From an uncultured delta proteobacterium (lineage in GTDB: Bacteria > Desulfobacterota > Binatia > Binatales > Binataceae), in the NCBI GenBank assembly GCA_963724765.1, contig CAVRVY010000001.1:960001-1024000 (forward strand): a stretch of 64,000 nt of DNA. Direction: 5' to 3'. Shown here in pieces: positions 20,732 to 29,050 of this stretch (position 1 is its first letter; each line of letters starts with the position of its first letter). The position numbers were made by a program, and so were the translations under genes. The notes under the pieces are model-generated. The model saw only the letters and a list, made by a program, of their open reading frames with translations, had not been told where the DNA came from and did no database searches.

Positions 20732-21085
20732 TCAGGGCGCGGATTTGCACAGCGATGTATCTGGCCACCATCGCGGCGGCCGTGGGGGGAACTGGGCGCG
20801 GCTCTGGTGCTCGGGATGCGGCGGACGCGCGCGCTACGGGTGAGAGCGGCGCGGAGCGCGATCTAGCTCCATTCGCTCTAACTGGAACACCCCCATTGGT
20901 CCGAACTGGCGCGGGTTCGGCAACGTCTCCACTTGAGACTAAGCGGGATCGTTTGCTCGCACACCTTCGCCATCATTCGTCGGCGCCTAGAGGCGCGGCG
21001 CTGTCTGCTCGCCCGCCTTCGCCTCCGGCTACGGCGCGCTCGCTATAGGGGGTGTGATCGAGACGCGCGAGTTTTGGCGCATCGC

Positions 21086-21511
21086 CTAATCGCGAATGCC
21101 TGTGCGCGGAAGAAACGCCGCCGGAGTCACGTGGAAGCGTTTCGCCAGTCGGCAAATCTGCCCGACGTTCAACTCGCGCGTGCCGCTCAAGACTTCCGAC
21201 ACGACACTTTGAGCGCCCAGCTCCTCGGCCAGGTCAGCCTGCTTGAGCTTGTGCTCTTCCATCAGGTAGCGCAGCATTTCCGCACCCGATACATCGGGCA
21301 CCTCATAGTGCTCGTCATCATAGGCGCCGATGAGCGCACTCAGAGTCTCGATGAGCCGATAGCGCGGATCATTCGTGTCATCGCCGACTTCATCGAGCAA
21401 CTTGTTAAGCTCCGCGACGGCGGCATCATATTCATGTTCGTCGCGGGGCATCGTATATAATCCAAGAGCCTTCGGATCCTTGATGGTTCGCACAATCGTT
21501 CGCGTTTTCAT
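21086..21511 (-). CDS. higA: HigA antitoxin (HTH Xre)
   Basis: EYDAAV...LIGAYDDEHY...LRYLMEEHKLKQADL...SVVSEVLSGTRELNVGQICRLAKRFHV; GGGAG RBS before ATG 21511. Confidence 0.88.
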   Translation of the reverse strand: MKTRTIVRTIKDPKALGLYTMPRDEHEYDAAVAELNKLLDEVGDDTNDPRYRLIETLSALIGAYDDEHYEVPDVSGAEMLRYLMEEHKLKQADLAEELGAQSVVSEVLSGTRELNVGQICRLAKRFHVTPAAFLPRTGIRD

Positions 21512-21606
21512 GTTTCCGATCTCCCTGATGGCCCCCACCCGCGTCGCCCTCCACCCCCACCCAAAGACCCGCCCGGTGGGCCGTCCGCCGGCGCTGCTGG
21601 CGCGGT

Positions 21607-21906
21607 TCATCTCTTCCAGTCTCCCTTGTCGTACTCCGCATGCGTCAGGATGAAGCGTATGTAGAGCCGCTGCCGGTTGAAATGAATCGCCGCCACGACG
21701 CGATAGTTGTTGCCCCCGATATCGAACACATAGAGCGCGCGGCCTTTCACGTGAACCAAATCGACGCTATTGAAGGTCTGCTTTAGTTCGGGAAAATTCG
21801 TATAGGTCCGGGTGCTAACCGCCTTGTACCACGCATTGAGGGGCGCCGCAGCCCTCTGGTGCTCGTCGCTGAACTCCCTGATCGCCCTTCGCGAAATCAC
21901 CCACAT
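21607..21906 (-). CDS. higB: HigB toxin (RelE superfamily mRNA interferase)
   Basis: MWVISRRAIREF...VFDIGGNNYRVVAAIHF...FILTHAEYDKGDWK. Confidence 0.92.
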   Translation of the reverse strand: MWVISRRAIREFSDEHQRAAAPLNAWYKAVSTRTYTNFPELKQTFNSVDLVHVKGRALYVFDIGGNNYRVVAAIHFNRQRLYIRFILTHAEYDKGDWKR

Positions 21907-21924
21907 CCGCGCCACACCTGTGCA

Positions 21925-21954
21925 ATTCATATCGCAATCTGCGATATGTGTCAA
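21925..21954 (-). promoter_or_regulatory. higBA promoter with palindromic operator
   Basis: TTGACA (21954-21949), 17-bp spacer, TATGAA; perfect CATATCGCA-N3-TGCGATATG palindrome (21928-21948) covers the spacer. Confidence 0.75.
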
Positions 21955-22107
21955 CCCTTCCGACCTGCACGCGCGCGCGCAAGAACACTCACGCGCATCC
22001 ACGGGCATAAGGCGCGGAATCGTGAATAGAACAGCGCATCACGAAACGGCCAGCTATGCCGTGGGCAGCGCGATTTTATAGTTGATCGCGAACGCAACTA
22101 TCCTTAT

Positions 22108-22136
22108 TAGACATGCCTAAACTGTTTTGCTATACT
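22108..22136 (+). promoter_or_regulatory. Sigma70-type promoter for the alpA/rep operon
   Basis: TAGACA-17 bp-TATACT with extended TG. Confidence 0.65.
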
Positions 22137-22155
22137 TGTGGTAACAGCGTTCTAG

Positions 22156-22416
22156 ATGGGACTATTTATGGATCAGAAACACACAGCGAGGCTAGGCGGA
22201 CAAATGAAAATGACTGACAGCATCGGCGACAGGCTTCTAGTGCGCCCAATCGTAGCGGCGGGGCTGCTCAGTGTGAGCCGCGCGATGATCTACCAGATGC
22301 TCAAGGAGGGTCGTTTACCCTCTGTGCGCGTAGGAGATCGGGCGATTCGGATCCCGCTCGCCGCGCTTAAGAAGCTCGCAGGCGCGAGCATCGAGTCGAG
22401 CGACGAAGCCGCCTAG
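22156..22416 (+). CDS. Excisionase/AlpA-like HTH_17 protein
   Basis: AAGLLSVSRAMIYQMLKEGRLPSVRVGDRAIRIP; the true start may be a downstream Met. Confidence 0.85.
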   Translation: MGLFMDQKHTARLGGQMKMTDSIGDRLLVRPIVAAGLLSVSRAMIYQMLKEGRLPSVRVGDRAIRIPLAALKKLAGASIESSDEAA

Positions 22417-22483
22417 GCCCTTAACGCGCGAAAGCCGTGACCCGCCACCACGCAAATCACGGCAATCGCAACGGATCACACCA

Positions 22484-22915
22484 ATGTCAACGAACATCTC
22501 CAATATAGCATCGCTCCCGATCGGACCAATACCCCGACCCACAAACGAGGCGTCTGCACCTGCCCGACTCGACGACACCGATCTCGACTCCGACGGCGAT
22601 CACAGCGATCTCGTCGATGCCATCATCGCCTTCGAGCGCTGGCGTGCGGAATTTCCTCAAACGAAAATGCGCCTCCGGCCGCAGATCGACTTTTTTTGCG
22701 CCGCGTTGTCTTTGCTCAACCGCTTCGAGGCCGGCGACGACGTGCGTGATCCATCGTTCTTCGACTTCAGCGTCCAACGCTTTCGCAGATACGCACAACC
22801 CGAAGTCGTCCGTGATCTCGAAATGGAGTTGCATGCGTCGCGTAGGCTGATCCGGCGGCTTGCCCGGGTCGTCCGACAAGCGCGTGAAGGCAGAGAATTG
22901 GCGGTGCGATCATGA
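22484..22915 (+). CDS. Hypothetical protein (paralogue of the next gene)
   Basis: ATGA-coupled to 22912; shares a WRxxFPQT motif. Confidence 0.6.
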   Translation: MSTNISNIASLPIGPIPRPTNEASAPARLDDTDLDSDGDHSDLVDAIIAFERWRAEFPQTKMRLRPQIDFFCAALSLLNRFEAGDDVRDPSFFDFSVQRFRRYAQPEVVRDLEMELHASRRLIRRLARVVRQAREGRELAVRS

Positions 22916-23400
22916 GCGCGCCGGGCACGCTGAATACCGCGCGACCATCCGCCATCGCGATCGACAGCGAATGGTTCGAGCGTCTCGGCCGCCGCTATCT
23001 ATATTGGCGTCGTGCATTTCCACAAACCATCGCTCGGGCTAACCGCCAGGTGTCACTCAAAGTCGCCGCGATCAACTTCTCCCGCTTTCGCGATCATGGG
23101 GGACCGAATCTGACTCCGTGTGATCGCGATGGCGCCGATGCCGACGTGCTGGCGCTCTTTGAGCGTGAATTTCTGCGCAGGGCGACGCCCTACGCGATTA
23201 TCGATCTGATCCGTGAGATCGACGCGCTGCACAACGCGGTGCTCGACCTGGACCCCGCTTTCTGCTGGGAGCCGACGGTGCGCAAGTTCGTAAATAAACT
23301 GAAACGCCATCCTGACAGCGAGAGCGACGAGGGCGAGAGCGAGCAGACAGACGCACTAACTGCGGGCGTCGCAAGGAGTATCGAACTGGCACAACCATGA
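22912..23400 (+). CDS. Hypothetical protein (paralogue of the previous gene)
   Basis: ATGA overlaps at both ends. Confidence 0.65.
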   Translation: MSAPGTLNTARPSAIAIDSEWFERLGRRYLYWRRAFPQTIARANRQVSLKVAAINFSRFRDHGGPNLTPCDRDGADADVLALFEREFLRRATPYAIIDLIREIDALHNAVLDLDPAFCWEPTVRKFVNKLKRHPDSESDEGESEQTDALTAGVARSIELAQP

Positions 23401-24611
23401 GCGCAACGACAACTGAAAACCCGAACGCACACACCGCGCCTGCGCCCCCTAATCTCGGCAACCGCGCCGATACCATTCGCACCGAGAAGATCGATTGGCT
23501 TCTGCCCGAAATGATTGCGCGCGGACAAGTCAACGAGATCGTCGGTGATCCAGACAAAGGCAAAACGCTTTTCGCCATTGACGTGGCCGCTCACGTCAGC
23601 ACGGGAGCGGCGTGGTCCGACTGGAGCGCATGCCCGCACGGACACGTTCTCTTTTTTTCAGCCGAAGACGATGAGCGCTCAACCTTGGTTCCACGCCTCA
23701 TCGCAGCGGGGGCCGATCTGGCTAATGTAACAATTATCTCGATGTTGCTTGACGACCCGGAAGCCAAGAAGCCTGTGCCCGTCAATTTTCCCGCGCATCT
23801 CGCTCTGTTGGAGAAGGTGATCCGCGCGCTCGCAGTCAAATTAATCATCTTCGACCCGCTAAGCGCTTACGTCTCGTCGAAGCTCGATCTCAACAAGGAA
23901 ACCCAGGCGCGCTTTCTCTACGGCTTAATCGGCGAGATCGCCCGCCGTAATGCTGTTGCGATACTCATTCTCGGGCACCTCAATAAAAACGCCGCCGTCG
24001 GCAACGCTTCGTATCGCACTATTGGCAGCATTGCCCGCACGGCCGCGCCTCGCACCAGCTACCTCGTGGACTTTGATCCCGCTGATCGCGACGCCGATCT
24101 CTCCGAGCGCCGCCGCATAGTCGCGCGCATCAAAAACAACCTGAGCAAGGCTCGTGTGGGCATCACCTTCAAGATTGAGTCCGTCAACGTCACCCTCGAC
24201 ACCGGCGGCACTGCCGACGTTCCGCGCGTCACTTGGACGGGCTCGACCAAATTGACAGCGGACGAAGTATTGAGTTTGGGCGATCCCGCGCGGCGCAAAG
24301 CGGCTTCCGAAATAGACACCGCTCGCGAATTCCTCAAAGCCGCACTCGCGGCCGGCCCGCGCGCCCAAAAGGAGATAGAAGCAAGCGCCAGCGATGCTGG
24401 GATCAGTGAGCGCACTTTGAAACGCGCGCGCAAAGAGCTTGGCGTTGAGTCGCACAAGGACGGCTTAGGGCCTTGGCTGTTGGCGCTGCCCGGCACCCTC
24501 AATGGAAACGGACTGCGCCGCAAGCGCCGACCACGCAAGCGCAATGCGCACCTCCACGTCGTTACCGACTCAAGCGCTGAAGAGGGCCAAACGCCTATGG
24601 CACCCAAGTAA
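23397..24611 (+). CDS. AAA_25/RepA-like replicative helicase with C-terminal HTH
   Basis: IDWLLP, Walker A GDPDKGKT, SAEDD, Walker B IIFDPL, HLNK, KNNL, C-terminal GISERTLKRARKELGV. Confidence 0.85.
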   Translation: MSATTTENPNAHTAPAPPNLGNRADTIRTEKIDWLLPEMIARGQVNEIVGDPDKGKTLFAIDVAAHVSTGAAWSDWSACPHGHVLFFSAEDDERSTLVPRLIAAGADLANVTIISMLLDDPEAKKPVPVNFPAHLALLEKVIRALAVKLIIFDPLSAYVSSKLDLNKETQARFLYGLIGEIARRNAVAILILGHLNKNAAVGNASYRTIGSIARTAAPRTSYLVDFDPADRDADLSERRRIVARIKNNLSKARVGITFKIESVNVTLDTGGTADVPRVTWTGSTKLTADEVLSLGDPARRKAASEIDTAREFLKAALAAGPRAQKEIEASASDAGISERTLKRARKELGVESHKDGLGPWLLALPGTLNGNGLRRKRRPRKRNAHLHVVTDSSAEEGQTPMAPK

Positions 24612-24785
24612 ATGGCCCCCTTCACAAAATATACATATATATCAAGGGTTTTATTGAAGAGTGCCAGTGGCCCCCTTCGACCAACTTTGGCCCTCTTTGA
24701 AGGGGGCCAACTAACCCTTGAAGGGGGCCAAGCGTCCTCTTCACAAAACCCTTTGTTTTTAACGGCTTTTCCCGAAGAGGGCCAA
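24578..24785. repeat. Iteron array with AT-rich core, putative replication origin
   Basis: About 9 copies of GAAG(A/G)GGGCCA in both orientations around AAAATATACATATATAT. Confidence 0.8.
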
Positions 24786-24795
24786 GTGTGCTCGG

Positions 24796-25200
24796 GTGTC
24801 TAGGAGCTACGAGTTGAAGCAGCAACGGTCCCTGTTAGTCCTCGACGCCGGAACCGACCCCGAGAGCCGCGCGCTCGTCTTCCACTTGCTCGCCGACGAA
24901 GCCAAGCGCTCGGCGCGCCGTCTTGAAAACGGCAAGTGGGAAGCCTCGATCCCCGTGCCGTCGTCCGACACCAGCGGCAACGAGATTCGCGTCTATGCCC
25001 GCACGCGGCGCGACCTCGAAACCTCTATCGACCGCCTGATGAGCGGCTTCGTCGATCCCGCGACCGCGCGCGCACTTTACGGCTACTTCGCAGCTTTGAG
25101 GCGGCGCGGTGAGCTGGGCGGACTGGAGATCGCCGGCGACATGATCGCCCCGGACGGCACGATCACCAACATCGACGCGAAGAGCGAGGAGATCCAGTAA
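24796..25200 (+). CDS. Hypothetical protein
   Basis: Co-directional ORF with plausible composition; start uncertain. Confidence 0.5.
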   Translation: MSRSYELKQQRSLLVLDAGTDPESRALVFHLLADEAKRSARRLENGKWEASIPVPSSDTSGNEIRVYARTRRDLETSIDRLMSGFVDPATARALYGYFAALRRRGELGGLEIAGDMIAPDGTITNIDAKSEEIQ

Positions 25201-25203
25201 TCG

Positions 25204-25530
25204 ATGCCCACGTTCATTTTCGAGGACTCACATTATCGCGACCTCGGCGATCTGGTTCTCGGCATCCGTGGCGCCCGCGCCGCGTTCGAGGCGGCCCAAG
25301 GCAGGATCGCGGCGTGGGAGTGGGAGTCCTTCGCGCGTGAGATTCATCGCGCCGAGCGCGCCGGTGCTCCGCTGCGCACGCTGATCGACGAGGCCGAGTC
25401 CTGGGCCGCGGGTTGGTGGCGGCGGGCGAACGCGCGCACGCACCACGCGAGCCCAAAACTCGCAATGCTCCATGCGAGCCCTTATGTGAGCGAGCAACCG
25501 AAGGTTGCGAGCGACCAAACCGCCGATTGA
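25204..25530 (+). CDS. Hypothetical protein
   Basis: GAGGAG upstream; 3 bp after the previous stop. Confidence 0.5.
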   Translation: MPTFIFEDSHYRDLGDLVLGIRGARAAFEAAQGRIAAWEWESFAREIHRAERAGAPLRTLIDEAESWAAGWWRRANARTHHASPKLAMLHASPYVSEQPKVASDQTAD

Positions 25531-25676
25531 TCTGAGGTAGGTGAATGGAAGATCCGGTGAACAGCACGACGAGCGCTCTGCATTATCCCGACAGGGAGCC
25601 TCGAAATCTGGCTAGGCAGTCGGCCCGGTTTGGTGGGAGGCTGGCGAATCCCGAATTGGAGGAGCTAGCCAGGACC

Positions 25677-26363
25677 ATGACGCTTCAAGTCGCGCTGATC
25701 GGAAGTGATGGATGGGTGCTTGCCAGCGATAAGCATCTTTTCGGACTCGATCCCACTCGGAGTGGAGGCGTTACCGAATATGATTCCGAGATGATGCCCG
25801 GCCACAGCAAGATCAGGTTTAGAAAAGAAGAGCGGCTAATTTGGGCTTTTTCCGGGAACGTTGACGTTTCCTACCAGGCGGGTATTCGGCTCCAACGGTC
25901 CGCAAAAGGAATCTCGCCCCAAGATCGCGAAGAAGCTTTGAACGAGATTGGGCGGGAAGTAGCAATAGAGTACCCCAGTCAAATGGAAAGTGGGCACGGC
26001 GGTACGCTTTTAGTCATCTTCTGCTCACCGAAAACGGACCTATGGACACTCCGTATTGGCAGCGGGCCGACGCCAAGCAATTCCTTTGCTTTCGGCGGCG
26101 CTGGTAACAGGGCAAAGTTTTTGGTCGAACGCCTCTATGAACGAAGACCTGTAGCCGACCTCAAGTTACTTGCGGTCCTCACGATCATCGAAGGACATCA
26201 CTTCAACCCTTCGACAGTGAACGGACTGGAACTTTGGTACGCAGAGAAGGGCAATATCACGCAAGCCAAGCGCCGCGAACTGGCGGGCCTAAAGAAACAC
26301 GCTGCTCTTTTCAACGCGGAGTTGCGGCAGAGATTGTTCGCCCCTTCACCTAAACGCAACTGA
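25677..26363 (+). CDS. Proteasome-subunit-like Ntn hydrolase (Thr1 type)
   Basis: MTLQVALIGSDGWVLASD matches the proteasome beta/HslV/Anbu N-terminus; later SKI, FSG, GAG. Alternative start at 25545 adds 44 aa. Confidence 0.65.
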   Translation: MTLQVALIGSDGWVLASDKHLFGLDPTRSGGVTEYDSEMMPGHSKIRFRKEERLIWAFSGNVDVSYQAGIRLQRSAKGISPQDREEALNEIGREVAIEYPSQMESGHGGTLLVIFCSPKTDLWTLRIGSGPTPSNSFAFGGAGNRAKFLVERLYERRPVADLKLLAVLTIIEGHHFNPSTVNGLELWYAEKGNITQAKRRELAGLKKHAALFNAELRQRLFAPSPKRN

Positions 26364-26367
26364 TCGA

Positions 26368-26667
26368 ATGAGAAGGCGAATGCGCAAAACTACATCCCCA
26401 TCATCCCCATCATCGTCATCATCGCCGCGCGCGCCAGGCGTCAATCGCTACGGGCGCTCCGGCCTCGACTCACAGCAATTTCACACTGGCCCGATAGCCT
26501 CGAAAGCCGCCGCCGTCAAAACATCCGCGATGCGCGCGCGCCGTCAGATTCATCGACACGGCCATTGCCCGCGCTGCGACGCGCGCCTGGTCGGCGGAAA
26601 GTGTCCGAGTTGCGGTGCTGACCCGCGCTACGACTTTGACGACGGCGCCACCGATTGGGGCGAATAG
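26368..26667 (+). CDS. Small zinc-finger protein
   Basis: CPRC-x7-CPSC near the C-terminus. Confidence 0.45.
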   Translation: MRRRMRKTTSPSSPSSSSSPRAPGVNRYGRSGLDSQQFHTGPIASKAAAVKTSAMRARRQIHRHGHCPRCDARLVGGKCPSCGADPRYDFDDGATDWGE

Positions 26668-26699
26668 CCTGATAAGCGAGTCGAAAGGAGTAATCGACA

Positions 26700-29012
26700 A
26701 TGAGTGACGGAATCGAAGTACGCATCAGCCCCGCCAGCGGCAAGCGTTTGGCCGAACCCTCGTCAAGCTTCAGCGACCGCTTCACGGGTGCGCAGCAGCG
26801 ATTCGCCGCGCCTGGTCTTGGCCAGCGCTCCGAGATAGCCGTCGAGAAAAAAATCGCCGAGTCGCAGATCGCACTCGTCGCCGAGTTGAAAAGGCTGCGC
26901 ACGGCGATGCGCACCGCCGCGCCGGGCACCGAGGCGCGGCGGATCCTCGAAGCGCGCCGCAACGATCTCTACGCGCAACAAGCGCGCAGCATGAGCGTGG
27001 CATTCGCCGCCGATCCCCGCTGGGCATCGCACGAAGCCGAAGTAGCGAAGGCGCTCCCTCGCCGTGGCGCCGCCATCGCGCGCGGGATGGGACGCTCAGC
27101 ACTCAGCACGGGAATCGGCGCCGGTGCGCTTGGCGTCGGCCTCGCATCGGCCGCATGGAGCGGGCAAAGCGGCCTCGGTGTCGCGCTGATCGGCGCCGAC
27201 CTGGGTATGCGTGCGGGCGTCCCTCTGGCGCGCGGCGCCTGGAGTCTCGGCCGGAGCGCGATCGGCGCCGCGTTTGGCGCCGGAGCCGGTGAAGCTGGTG
27301 GGGCCGTGGCTGGTGCCGCTGGTGAAGCCGTCACGGCCGGGGCAGTCGCGGAGACTGCCGGCGGAGTCCTCGCCGCGCTCGGCGGGTGGCCCGTAATCGT
27401 GACCGCCATCACCGCCGCCCTCGGTGTTGGCGCTTACGAGTACGTCAAAAATCGCGGCGCGGTGAATCGCACCCTAAGCGGCGCAGCGGGCGATGTGATG
27501 GGACTGCCCAAAGACGCCGTTTCTCTCGCACTGGCGCGCGGCTACGGCGCGACCGAGGCGACGCGTCAGGCTACCGCCTTCAGATTCGCGCGCTCTTTCC
27601 AAGATAGCGGCATGTCGATGGTTGGCGCCTCGACGGGAGGGCGCTGGTCGGCGTTGGGCCTCACCGCTTCTGAATCGACCGCGATGCTCGGATCCTCACG
27701 CGAGCTTGCGGGCAGCGACATTCTCAGCAACACGAAAGCCTACCGCTCGCTACGGATGGGCGTCTACGCGGGATTGACTAATGAGCAGAACGTCGCCGCC
27801 ACGGGCGGTTTCGCGCGTCTCGGCGCTGACTCCGAGGCGTCGATCAAAATCATAACCGAGGGCGTCTTGCGCGCTAACGAGCGCGGTTTGCAAGGCGAAG
27901 TTCTGAAAGCGCAGCTCGACTATCTGCGCACCCAAAGCCAGAGCACCGTCATTCAGAATCCGACTGCCGCCGTCGCCGGAGTCAGCGCTCTCGCGTCGAT
28001 GTTCCAGGCTTCGCGCATTCCCTCGCTACGCGGCGCGGGTGCGATCGGTGCGATCCGGTCGATCGGCGCCGCCTTCGATTCGTCATCGCTGTTCGACGAA
28101 AGCGCACTCGGCAAATCAGTCACCATGATGGGCCAAGCGCGCCTGCTCGCCGCTTCCTCATCCGCCAGGCACTTCACCGGCTACAGCGATGCGGAAGTCG
28201 CGAAGATGAGCCCCGCCCAGCGCATGACCATCGGCTTGCGAGTGATGGATCGCGGCTTCACCAACACCGGACCCGATCTCAGTCTCTTCCTGAAGAATGC
28301 GATCGCGCCGACGCTCCAGACCGCGAAAACCAATCCGTTGTTGCTCGATGCGGTCGAAAAGGCGTGGGGACTCGCGCGCGGCCAGGCAACCGATCGCATG
28401 CTCACCAACAAGATGCTGCCCGAGGCGATGACCGGCAACTACACGGCCTTCGACGCCGACCTCGCGAAGGTGAAGCTCCGCGCCAAAGGAATGATCGCGC
28501 CCGGCGCCGCCGCTGAAGCGCGCCTCTCCCACACCGAAGCGCGCACCGGCGAGAAAACGATGTCCACCTACATCAAGAGTTTGGATCTCGTCGAAAAAAA
28601 GGCGCTCGACGTGATGAACACGTACCTTGACGGCGGCACCGCACCCGATGGCACGCCACTCCCCGGCGGTGCGGCGGGCGCGCGCTTACGTAATACGCTC
28701 AAGGGCACCGGAGCGATGTCCTCGCTGCCGTCTCCGGCCCCGACTCCTACTGCATCGCGCTATGGTGCGTCGGCCGCCGGGGCTCCGATAAGCGGACCAG
28801 GTGCGCTTAGCGGCATAGCGGACGCGATCATCTGGGGCGTTAGAGCGATGATCGCCGATCTCGACAAGCTAGTGGCCTATGCCGAGCATCCGCCGGCGCC
28901 CGGTGCGCCCGTCGCTTACGCGCCCACGCCGCCGCTCCCGCCGTCGCATCCCGCAGTTCACGCATCGCCGGCCCACGGCGCGGTTGTCCCGCCCGGCCAC
29001 ACGCATCGCTAA
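26700..29012 (+). CDS. Tape-measure-like protein (770 aa)
   Basis: AAGGAG RBS; Ala/Gly-rich helical protein with an N-terminal coiled region and long hydrophobic Gly-rich segment; directly precedes a hub-like gene. Confidence 0.6.
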   Translation: MSDGIEVRISPASGKRLAEPSSSFSDRFTGAQQRFAAPGLGQRSEIAVEKKIAESQIALVAELKRLRTAMRTAAPGTEARRILEARRNDLYAQQARSMSVAFAADPRWASHEAEVAKALPRRGAAIARGMGRSALSTGIGAGALGVGLASAAWSGQSGLGVALIGADLGMRAGVPLARGAWSLGRSAIGAAFGAGAGEAGGAVAGAAGEAVTAGAVAETAGGVLAALGGWPVIVTAITAALGVGAYEYVKNRGAVNRTLSGAAGDVMGLPKDAVSLALARGYGATEATRQATAFRFARSFQDSGMSMVGASTGGRWSALGLTASESTAMLGSSRELAGSDILSNTKAYRSLRMGVYAGLTNEQNVAATGGFARLGADSEASIKIITEGVLRANERGLQGEVLKAQLDYLRTQSQSTVIQNPTAAVAGVSALASMFQASRIPSLRGAGAIGAIRSIGAAFDSSSLFDESALGKSVTMMGQARLLAASSSARHFTGYSDAEVAKMSPAQRMTIGLRVMDRGFTNTGPDLSLFLKNAIAPTLQTAKTNPLLLDAVEKAWGLARGQATDRMLTNKMLPEAMTGNYTAFDADLAKVKLRAKGMIAPGAAAEARLSHTEARTGEKTMSTYIKSLDLVEKKALDVMNTYLDGGTAPDGTPLPGGAAGARLRNTLKGTGAMSSLPSPAPTPTASRYGASAAGAPISGPGALSGIADAIIWGVRAMIADLDKLVAYAEHPPAPGAPVAYAPTPPLPPSHPAVHASPAHGAVVPPGHTHR

Positions 29013-29050
29013 ATCGCCAACCCACCAATCACGTCACGTCGAGGTAACCG

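Noticed and set aside
24578-24785. CRISPR array or terminator cluster
   Set aside because: Repeats are about 12 bp, in both orientations with irregular spacing, and there are no cas genes; an iteron origin fits better.
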